Source: Patescibacteria group bacterium (GTDB taxonomy: Bacteria > Patescibacteriota > Patescibacteriia > JAGPKW01). From it: a stretch of DNA of 43,063 bases. The notes beneath the pieces were generated by a model. It was given only the letters and a program-made list of their open reading frames with translations. It searched no databases and was not told the origin of the DNA. Each line of letters begins with the position of its first letter. The stretch's first letter is position 1. Positions 28,461 through 36,029 of the stretch are shown one piece after another. The position numbers and the translations under genes are program-made. The stretch lies in NCBI GenBank assembly GCA_021734125.1, contig JAIPJN010000003.1, positions 1 through 43,063 on the forward strand, read 5' to 3'.

Positions 28461-28564
28461 TTCTTCGTTTCTTAACGAACAAGGTGAGTTTTAGAACGAA
28501 GAATGTACTTCGTAGTCTTGTAAAGACGAAGAAGTACTAAGCTACGAATGGCACGGCCATTCTT
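28457..28564. repeat. Structured element at the tRNA-Gln 3' end, bounded by a GCCATTCTT direct repeat
   Basis: GCCATTCTT at 28457 and 28556. Internal stems CATTCTTCGTT/AACGAAGAATG and GTACTTC/GAAGTAC. Confidence 0.65.
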
Positions 28565-28645
28565 TTTTTATTTATGATTTTGGGAAATAAATAGCTTTAG
28601 CTATTTATGTGAGGGATGAGAAAGGAATGGTCTAATTCAAAATAT

Positions 28646-28669
28646 GTAGGGGTCAGCGATCGCTGACCC
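28646..28669 (+). repeat. REP-like palindrome, family E (single copy in window)
   Basis: GTAG-GGGTCAGCGATCGCTGACCC, a GTAG head plus perfect 20-bp palindrome. Confidence 0.75.
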
Positions 28670-28720
28670 TTTATTATTTATTAACAAAATAACCTTCTTT
28701 TAAGATAAAATAGTGCTAAA

Positions 28721-29596
28721 ATGAAAAATATAGATAAGAAAATAAATAAAATTATGAATTTTGAAAATATAAACCAAAGACCATTATCTCTAATAGATAA
28801 AAATGCAGAAAAAATAATTAAAAAATATCCAGATAGAATATCTGAAGATTCATTTTATGATATATATAAAGACTCTGAAATAAAAGCAGATAAAGAATAT
28901 GCATCAAGAATGGAAGAAGAGTTTAATAAAGATCAAAGCCAAGAATCTAAAGATGCAAAAAAAATAGCAGATGCTATAGAAATAGTAATAAATAATCACA
29001 TTGATCTTTCAAACTGGTTGGACTATGGAACATGCACATATAAAACAAGCAGATATGATGACATAAAAAATGGAATAGATACAATTCTTGAATTTATAAA
29101 TGAAGATAACAAAAATGATTCAACTTTTTTAGGAGTAGCGTTTGATATAACATATAAAAATGATGTTAGAGATAAATTTTTAAGAATAAAAAGAGAGATA
29201 GAAGAAAAAAAAATAAATAAAGTAAAGTATTTTCAATCAGAAGAAAGTAATTATAAGGGCCAAATTGAAAACATTCCCAGATTAATTATAGGTTTAGATA
29301 TAAAAACTGGAGAAGAATTAATAGAATTATTTCTTGAACTAGGAGGAAAGAAAAAACTAGGAAATCATTTTTTTCAATTTGAATTAATTGATGAATTATT
29401 ATACCAATTAGATACATTTATGAAATATGCAGAAAAAGTAAATAATCAAAATGCATATATATTATATAAAGAAATAAAAGAAAAAATTGAAGAAATACAA
29501 AAAGAAAAAGATAAATTAAATACTCCAGATAAAGATTATAGAAATGAATATTTTTATAATTTTTGTGATATTTGCGATAATATTTTTAATAGATAA
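28721..29596 (+). CDS. Hypothetical protein (CPR-type, possible PD-(D/E)XK-like fold)
   Basis: 291-aa ORF with TSRYDDIKNGID..LGVAFDIT. Confidence 0.7.
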   Translation: MKNIDKKINKIMNFENINQRPLSLIDKNAEKIIKKYPDRISEDSFYDIYKDSEIKADKEYASRMEEEFNKDQSQESKDAKKIADAIEIVINNHIDLSNWLDYGTCTYKTSRYDDIKNGIDTILEFINEDNKNDSTFLGVAFDITYKNDVRDKFLRIKREIEEKKINKVKYFQSEESNYKGQIENIPRLIIGLDIKTGEELIELFLELGGKKKLGNHFFQFELIDELLYQLDTFMKYAEKVNNQNAYILYKEIKEKIEEIQKEKDKLNTPDKDYRNEYFYNFCDICDNIFNR

Positions 29597-29602
29597 AAAT
29601 GT

Positions 29603-29638
29603 AAAATACACCCTATATTAAAAGAGTGTATTTTTTTA
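29603..29638. terminator. Probable bidirectional terminator
   Basis: AAAATACAC..GTGTATTTT between convergent ORFs. Confidence 0.55.
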
Positions 29639-29642
29639 ATTT

Positions 29643-29771
29643 TTAGTTTTCTTTTTCTTTTTCTTTCCTTATTTTTAAAGCTTGTTTATATCTCCTTCTC
29701 TTTTTTTTTCTAAAAATCCACATCCTTATTTTCCACTTTATTTTTTTAGGAAAAATTTTATAAATATCCAT
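29643..29771 (-). CDS. Small highly basic peptide, 42 aa (not in ORF track)
   Basis: MDIYKIFPKKIKWKIRMWIFRKKKRRRYKQALKIRKEKEKEN*, AGGAGGT at 29776-29782, upstream promoter. Confidence 0.7.
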   Translation of the reverse strand: MDIYKIFPKKIKWKIRMWIFRKKKRRRYKQALKIRKEKEKEN

Positions 29772-29804
29772 TTTTACCTCCTTTTCTATTAATTTTAATA
29801 GCTA

Positions 29805-29833
29805 AAAATAACACATAAACAAGAATATGTCAA
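29805..29833 (-). promoter_or_regulatory. sigma70 promoter of the 42-aa peptide gene
   Basis: TTGACA-N17-TATTTT with extended -10 TG. Confidence 0.65.
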
Positions 29834-29841
29834 TATCTTAT

Positions 29842-29940
29842 GTAGGGGCGCACATTGTGCGCCCGTTTAATTTAAAAAATATTATTTTATTTATTAATTG
29901 GATGGGTGGAACAGGACGACCAACGTCGTCCTGTTCCTAC
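29842..29940. repeat. REP-like cluster: family A (29842-29864) plus family C (29908-29940)
   Basis: GTAG heads mark both outer ends (GTAG...CTAC), a REPIN-like doublet between divergent orphan genes. Confidence 0.9.
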
Positions 29941-30060
29941 ATTATTTAATAATCAATATTATTTTAATAAACATAAATTTAACATTACAAAGCCACAAAT
30001 CTTTGACTAATCGGTTTTATTATGTAAAAATGAAAAAAATTAAATTAAGGAGGAATATAA

Positions 30061-30390
30061 ATGTTTAATAAACATAAAAAAAGTGTAGGTAAATGTAAAA
30101 CTAAAGAATTTGAACAAGAAATTTTTGGATATAATTACTACATAATAGACGAAAAAAACACTATTAGAATAATCTTCGGAAATTATAAAACAATGTTAAG
30201 AATAGATCAAAAAGTTTATATTTCCAAAGATCAGTTTGAATCTTTACCAGAAGGTCTTCTAGATAGGCAAAAAGTTGTCATAACTAGATTTAGAAAACCT
30301 TCTTATGAAGATCCAACAAATTCAATAGTAGAAGTGAGTTTTAATAATATAAAAAAATGGGTAAAACCTAGCAATATTAAAACTCATTAA
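30061..30390 (+). CDS. Hypothetical protein
   Basis: 109-aa ORF, AGGAGG at 30048-30053, TTGACT at 30003, strong terminator downstream. Confidence 0.75.
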   Translation: MFNKHKKSVGKCKTKEFEQEIFGYNYYIIDEKNTIRIIFGNYKTMLRIDQKVYISKDQFESLPEGLLDRQKVVITRFRKPSYEDPTNSIVEVSFNNIKKWVKPSNIKTH

Positions 30391-30396
30391 AAAAAT

Positions 30397-30430
30397 AAAG
30401 ACTAGCTATATAAAGTAGCTAGTCTTTTTT
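30397..30430 (+). terminator. Intrinsic terminator, possibly bidirectional
   Basis: AAAGACTAGCTA/TAGCTAGTCTTT followed by a T run. Confidence 0.85.
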
Positions 30431-30450
30431 AAAATTTTTGAAATAATAAA

Positions 30451-30606
30451 TTAAAAAAATAAAGGACAGTTTTTAGTTCCGTATGAAGGACAGTTTTTTG
30501 CTTTTACACAAAAATCTTTTTTTCTGTCTTCTTCAGGAAATTCACCTTTTGGTGGAAAATCCGGAGCTTGAAAAAACTCCCTGATTTTAAAAAGTATTTT
30601 TTTCAT
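30451..30606 (-). CDS. Small Cys-containing peptide, 51 aa (not in ORF track)
   Basis: MKKILFKIREFFQAPDFPPKGEFPEEDRKKDFCVKAKNCPSYGTKNCPLFF*, AGGAGG at 30612-30617. Confidence 0.72.
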   Translation of the reverse strand: MKKILFKIREFFQAPDFPPKGEFPEEDRKKDFCVKAKNCPSYGTKNCPLFF

Positions 30607-30635
30607 TTCTTCCTCCTATAAAATTTTCTATAACA

Positions 30636-30664
30636 TTTATACATTAATTTAAATAAAAGGTCAA
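30636..30664 (-). promoter_or_regulatory. sigma70 promoter of the 51-aa peptide gene
   Basis: TTGACC-N17-TATAAA. Confidence 0.65.
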
Positions 30665-30720
30665 TATCCTTAAAATAAAGATGCAATTTTATATAATAAC
30701 ATCAATTTTTTAAATCAAAT

Positions 30721-30766
30721 GGAACGCGCCACGGCGCGTTCCCACATTCATAATATGCGTTCCCAC
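30721..30766 (-). repeat. REP-like palindrome, family B, plus duplicated half arm
   Basis: GGAACGCGCCACGGCGCGTTCCCAC, then GCGTTCCCAC again at 30757-30766. Confidence 0.88.
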
Positions 30767-30803
30767 ATGTACAAATATGAATTATAAAATAAAACAAATT
30801 ATA

Positions 30804-32285
30804 TTAATTTTCAGGTCTCATTAATGGAAATAATACAACATCCCTTAAATTTTGCTGTTTTGTAAGAAGTGCAATAATTCTTTCAACTCCCATTCCCCAT
30901 CCAGAAACAGGCGGCATACCATATTCCATAGCTCTTATATAATCTTCATCTTTATTCATAGCTTCTTCATCCCCCATTCCTTTAGCTTCCATTTGTTTAT
31001 CAAACCTATCTGCTTGATCTATTGGGTCAGTAAGCTCAGAATAAGCATTTACAATTTCCCAACCATTAATAACAAGCTGAAATCTATCAGCTATATTAGG
31101 ATTATTATCATTTTTTCTAGCAAGAGGAGAAACATCAATAGGATGATTTATTAAAAATATAGGATTAATTAATTTTGGCCTTGATACAACTTTATATAAA
31201 GCATCAATTAAATTTCCCCTACCTAAAGAATCTATATCTTTAATTTCTATATTTTTGCTTTTAATTTCATTTTTTAAAGATTCTAAATCAGGAAATTTAT
31301 CAATATCAATAGAACAATCTTTAATTAAAAGATCTCTAAAAGAAACTTTTTTCCAAGGAGCAGAAAAATCAACTTCAACCAATTTACCGTCTCTATTTGG
31401 AATTTCTATTTTTAAATTCCCTTTTAATTTTTTAATTACAGAAGTTAGCATTTCTTCAGTAAATTTCATATTATCTTCAAAATTCCAATAAGCTGCATAA
31501 TGTTCTATCATAATAAAATCTTGCAAATGAGAAGGATCTGTCCCTTCATTTCTAAAACACCTAGCAAATTCTACAACTCTTTCATACCCTCCTATAATAG
31601 CTCTTTTTAAATATAATTCAGGAGCTATTCTTAAATGAACATCAATATCTAGCGCATTATGATGAGTGTTAAAAGGTTTAGCTAGAGCACCTGAAGCAGT
31701 ATTACATAAAATAGGTGTATTTATTTCTTCAAAATTATAATCTTTATAAAATTTTCTTAATTCCCAAATAAAATCATTTCTAAATTGAAATCTCTCTTTA
31801 GTTTCTGGATTCATTATTAAATCTAAATATCTTTGTCTATATTTTAATTCAGAATCAGAAACACCATGAAATTTATCAGGTAAAGGTCTTAACGCTTTTG
31901 ATAAAAAAGTAAAATCTTTTACTAATATAGAAATTTCACCTTTTTTAGTAACAAACATTTCACCATATAGACCAATAAAATCACCAATATTAACTAAATC
32001 AACAAAATTTTTATATTTATCTTCATCCAAATCATTTATAGTAAAAACAGCTTGAATTTTTCCAGTATAATCTTGAATCTGAATAAATGATATTTTTCCC
32101 ATATCTCTTTTTAAAACAACTCTACCAGCAGTTTGAGCTTTTTTTCCAATTTTAAAATTTTTTAATTCAAGACAATTATTTTTTTTATCAAATTTTTCAG
32201 CGTATGGTTTTATATCTTTATTTTCTAATTCTTTTATTTTATTTAATCTCACATTTCTTTCATTTTTTTCATTTTCAATATCCAT
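30804..32285 (-). CDS. lysS: Lysine--tRNA ligase (class II)
   Basis: YRQRYLDL, LRIAPELYLKR, FRNEG, EIVNAYSEL, GWGMGVER. Confidence 0.97.
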   Translation of the reverse strand: MDIENEKNERNVRLNKIKELENKDIKPYAEKFDKKNNCLELKNFKIGKKAQTAGRVVLKRDMGKISFIQIQDYTGKIQAVFTINDLDEDKYKNFVDLVNIGDFIGLYGEMFVTKKGEISILVKDFTFLSKALRPLPDKFHGVSDSELKYRQRYLDLIMNPETKERFQFRNDFIWELRKFYKDYNFEEINTPILCNTASGALAKPFNTHHNALDIDVHLRIAPELYLKRAIIGGYERVVEFARCFRNEGTDPSHLQDFIMIEHYAAYWNFEDNMKFTEEMLTSVIKKLKGNLKIEIPNRDGKLVEVDFSAPWKKVSFRDLLIKDCSIDIDKFPDLESLKNEIKSKNIEIKDIDSLGRGNLIDALYKVVSRPKLINPIFLINHPIDVSPLARKNDNNPNIADRFQLVINGWEIVNAYSELTDPIDQADRFDKQMEAKGMGDEEAMNKDEDYIRAMEYGMPPVSGWGMGVERIIALLTKQQNLRDVVLFPLMRPEN

Positions 32286-32335
32286 AATTATGATTTTAAA
32301 AGTTAATGATATCTATATTATTAGCAGAATATAAG

Positions 32336-33931
32336 CTAAAAATCAATTTTTTTATTTAAAATATTTTTATCTAAATAAGTAATATAAACTATAATAAAGC
32401 CTATTCCTAGAGGATGATTTAAATATGGCGTAAAAAAGTTAACTACTAAAATAAATAAAAATGATAAAGTAAGTCCAAAAGCAACAATTCTATAATCCTC
32501 TTTTTTTATTTTATTTATATTTTTTATAGATAAATACAATAAAGCTAGTATAAAATATATAAAAATCAAAAATCCAAATATTCCAAATTTTAGTAATGTA
32601 TCAAAATAACCCCATTCTAAAGCGTAAGTTGTATACATACCCCCAACATTTTTTGCAACATTAGTAGGATCAGCACTTTCATAAGTTATTTTATATCCAA
32701 ATCCACCACCTAAAATAAAATTGTTTTTTATTTCTTCATAAAGTGGTTTAAGCATATTTATTCTAGACGACCCTGCAGCTTCTTGAGTCGGATTAGAAAG
32801 TCTTTCATTTAACCCTTTTGTAAAATTTGATGAAGATCCTGGAGGAAAATTAGTAAAAACAAATATAAATCCATAAGCTATTAAAAATGAAGTTATTCCG
32901 AGTAAAAATGTCCTAAAAAAAGAATAAAATAATTTACTTTTTTTATCTCTTATTATAAATAAAATGACAAAAATTGATATAAAAGAAGCAATAATTCCAA
33001 CCCAAAAACTTCTTGAAAAAGAAAGTATAGTGGAAATTGAAGCAAGAGTTAATAATAATATAAAGAGTTTATTTTTATCTGTTATTTTTTTTATTTTTAT
33101 CCTTGAATATGAAAATTTATAAGCAAAAATAGAAATTAAAAAAATAATCAATCCAGAAATATATATTTGAGATTGCATAAAAATTCTAGAAAAACCATAA
33201 GACATACTAGTAACTTCAGCTATTCCAAAATCAAAAAGCCAACTATAAAGATTTGATAAATAAAAAGGATTTACATGAGAAAAAATCCATAATAAAAATA
33301 AAGTAAAAAACATCAAAATCAAACTAGAAGCAACAGATAAAGATAATAAATCATAATAATCATCTTCTTTTTTAAATAAATCATAAAAAGGTAATAAATA
33401 TAGAAGAAATAAAAAACCATTCATATCAAAAAAAGTATCAGAAAAACCATTTCCATTTAATATTCCTAATATAAAAGCAAATAATAAAACAAGAAAAAAT
33501 ATGAAATAATATTTAAAAAATCTTGATTTTCTAAATGAAAAATAATTAATTTTTTTATTAACCAATAATTTTTGATCATTACTAAATTTATTATTAATAA
33601 TATCAATCAACAATTTTGAAAACCAAATTGATAAAATAATAACGAAAAATGCAATTCTTAAAGAAATTTGAAATCCAGAAAATTCAAAAAATAAAATATA
33701 ACCTTTAGAACTTATAATTAATTCAGCTAGAGCAATAAGCATACCTGCTTTTAGATTTTTATATGAAACTATAAAAAATATAATTACATAAACAAAAAAA
33801 GCTATATTATTAAAATCTTGATATAAATAAGCAATAAAAGAAAAAATTAAAGTTAAAACAGAAAATAATACAGTATAAGTAAAATAATCACTCTTAAAAA
33901 TTTTATTAATTGAAAGTTTTTCTAAAATCAT
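32336..33931 (-). CDS. O-antigen ligase/polymerase-like (Wzy_C) membrane protein
   Basis: Many TM helices, SFSRSFW, SR..M, ILGGGFG, L..FGIFG. Confidence 0.75.
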   Translation of the reverse strand: MILEKLSINKIFKSDYFTYTVLFSVLTLIFSFIAYLYQDFNNIAFFVYVIIFFIVSYKNLKAGMLIALAELIISSKGYILFFEFSGFQISLRIAFFVIILSIWFSKLLIDIINNKFSNDQKLLVNKKINYFSFRKSRFFKYYFIFFLVLLFAFILGILNGNGFSDTFFDMNGFLFLLYLLPFYDLFKKEDDYYDLLSLSVASSLILMFFTLFLLWIFSHVNPFYLSNLYSWLFDFGIAEVTSMSYGFSRIFMQSQIYISGLIIFLISIFAYKFSYSRIKIKKITDKNKLFILLLTLASISTILSFSRSFWVGIIASFISIFVILFIIRDKKSKLFYSFFRTFLLGITSFLIAYGFIFVFTNFPPGSSSNFTKGLNERLSNPTQEAAGSSRINMLKPLYEEIKNNFILGGGFGYKITYESADPTNVAKNVGGMYTTYALEWGYFDTLLKFGIFGFLIFIYFILALLYLSIKNINKIKKEDYRIVAFGLTLSFLFILVVNFFTPYLNHPLGIGFIIVYITYLDKNILNKKIDF

Positions 33932-33941
33932 TATATATAAA

Positions 33942-34838
33942 TTAAATTTTACCTTGTCCTCTTGGTTTTATTTTAAATATTTTTACCAAAAAAGACAAAA
34001 AGATACTAATAAAAGAAAAAATATAAATAAAAAAATATGGTATTTTAGAAAAATATTTCTTTGAATATATTTTCATACCCTTATTAAATCTTTTTTGTTT
34101 TTTTATAGATTCTACTTGATTAAAACTTCTTCCTTCATAATGAATAACTTCTGAAGTAGGAGTGTAAATTATTTTTTTTCCTAAATCATAAACTTTTTTA
34201 CAAAGATCTACATCCTCCCACCATAAAAAATAATCTAAATTCCAACCACCAATATTTTTTATAAAATTAGATCTTGCAAAAATGAATGCACCCATAATTT
34301 GATCTACTTTAGATTCTTTAGAATAATCAAAATCTGATAAAAAATATTTTTTAAAAAGCTTAGTTTTGCTAAATAAATGATGCAATTTAAGAAGTACACA
34401 AATGTTTATAATTGGAGTTGGTAATCCTTTTACGTTGTGCTGAATATCCCCTTCTTTATATTTTAATTTTGTGGTTGATAATACAATATCTTTTTCTTTA
34501 TCTTCCATAAAATTAAACATTTTATAAAAAGTATTTTCTGTAATTTCCATATCAGGGTTCATAAATAAAATATATTTACTATCTGATTTTTTAATACCTA
34601 TATTATTTCCTAAACTAAAACCATTATTTTTTTTAGTATCCAAAACTTCTAATAATCCTCTATTTATTTCATTTTTAAAATTTTCTTTCAACAAAAAAAC
34701 AGTATTATCAGAAGAATTATTATCTACAACAATAACTTTATAATCTAAATTTTTTGTAAAATTAAAAATAGATTGAAGATTTTTTATCAACAATGAAGAA
34801 ACGTTCCAAGTAACAATTATAGTATCTAAATCTCTCAT
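33942..34838 (-). CDS. Glycosyltransferase family 2
   Basis: IIVTWN, VVDNNSSD, GFSLGNN, FMNPD, EDVDLC. Confidence 0.92.
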   Translation of the reverse strand: MRDLDTIIVTWNVSSLLIKNLQSIFNFTKNLDYKVIVVDNNSSDNTVFLLKENFKNEINRGLLEVLDTKKNNGFSLGNNIGIKKSDSKYILFMNPDMEITENTFYKMFNFMEDKEKDIVLSTTKLKYKEGDIQHNVKGLPTPIINICVLLKLHHLFSKTKLFKKYFLSDFDYSKESKVDQIMGAFIFARSNFIKNIGGWNLDYFLWWEDVDLCKKVYDLGKKIIYTPTSEVIHYEGRSFNQVESIKKQKRFNKGMKIYSKKYFSKIPYFFIYIFSFISIFLSFLVKIFKIKPRGQGKI

Positions 34839-35965
34839 TTTTTGTATATTTCAATAGTTTTCTTAGCTATTTTATTCCAATTTAATTCTTTTTCTGCAAA
34901 ATTATAAGCATTTTTAGAAATTTCATTTAATTTTGAAGAATTATTATAAATTTTTAAAATTTTATCTGCCAAATCTTTATAATCAGAAGTCTTAAAAGTA
35001 TAACCATTATATGAATCTATTATAATAGAAGTAAAAGCATTAAGAGATGATGTAATAACAGGTGTATTAAATGCAAAAGCAGTATGAATAGCTCCACTTT
35101 GATAAATATTTTTATACGGATAACAAGCTAAATCAGATGCATTAAAAAATTTAGAAATTTCATTTATTTTTATATATTCTGGGAATAAATAAAATCTGTC
35201 TTTTAAATCTTTATTTAATAAATCTAAAACATATTTATCTACAATTTTTCCAGAAATTAAAAGACAAATATTTTCAGGTAAATGAGATAAAGATTTAATT
35301 AAAACATCTAAACCTTTATAATTTCTTATATAACCAAAAAATAATATATAAAATTTATCTTCTGGTATTTCTAATAATTCCCTTGCTTCTTTTTTTGTGT
35401 AAATTTTATTAAAATCCCTAAAATTTAAATAATTTCCATGAGGTATTACGAAAATTTTTTCTTGCTTAATATCAAAAATATTAATAATATCTGTTTTTAT
35501 ATAATCTAAGTGAACTATAATTTTATTAAAAGAATTATAAAATTTTTTGTATTTTTTAAATAAATGGCTTTTTGAAAAACTTTTTAAATCATATTCTAAA
35601 GGAATTAAATCATGAACTGTAAATACTATAGGTTTTCTATAAAAAAACTTTAAACATTTTATAAAAAATGAATCAAATTTAACACTTATAGGCCATTGAA
35701 AATGTATAGTATCATATCTCCCAAATAAAGCAGTGAAAAAAATAATACAATAATTCCAAAATAACCTAATTAATTTATGAAATATATTTCTTGTATCTTC
35801 ATAAAGCAATGGACTTAAAGAACATTTTAATTTAAAAAAAGAATATTCAGAAATATCAGAAGTAAGTATTTTTACTTTATTATTATCAAAAAGCGCCTTA
35901 GCAAAAGAGGCAGTATAATGAAGAATACCACCAGATTTTAAGGTATTTATAATTAATATTTTCAT
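34835..35965 (-). CDS. Glycosyltransferase family 4
   Basis: FTVHD, VIPHG, FFGYIRNYKGLD, QSGA..AFAFNTPVI. Confidence 0.92.
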   Translation of the reverse strand: MKILIINTLKSGGILHYTASFAKALFDNNKVKILTSDISEYSFFKLKCSLSPLLYEDTRNIFHKLIRLFWNYCIIFFTALFGRYDTIHFQWPISVKFDSFFIKCLKFFYRKPIVFTVHDLIPLEYDLKSFSKSHLFKKYKKFYNSFNKIIVHLDYIKTDIINIFDIKQEKIFVIPHGNYLNFRDFNKIYTKKEARELLEIPEDKFYILFFGYIRNYKGLDVLIKSLSHLPENICLLISGKIVDKYVLDLLNKDLKDRFYLFPEYIKINEISKFFNASDLACYPYKNIYQSGAIHTAFAFNTPVITSSLNAFTSIIIDSYNGYTFKTSDYKDLADKILKIYNNSSKLNEISKNAYNFAEKELNWNKIAKKTIEIYKK

Positions 35966-35994
35966 TTATAAATAATTTTATATAATATTTATCT

Positions 35995-36021
35995 GTAGTG
36001 GCCAGCTAGGCTTTCCACTAC
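35995..36021. repeat. Degenerate REP-like palindrome, family D
   Basis: GTAGTGGCCAGCTAGGCTTTCCACTAC. Confidence 0.75.
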
Positions 36022-36029
36022 ATTATTTT

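Noticed and set aside
28656-28663. GCGATCGC (cyanobacterial HIP1 octamer)
   Set aside because: Noticed only once, as the centre of a longer palindrome, so it is not iterated.
27879-30766. Classical integron or prophage
   Set aside because: No tyrosine recombinase or phage structural genes, mixed gene orientation, and no attC-type RYYYAAC..GTTRRRY ends on the hairpins.
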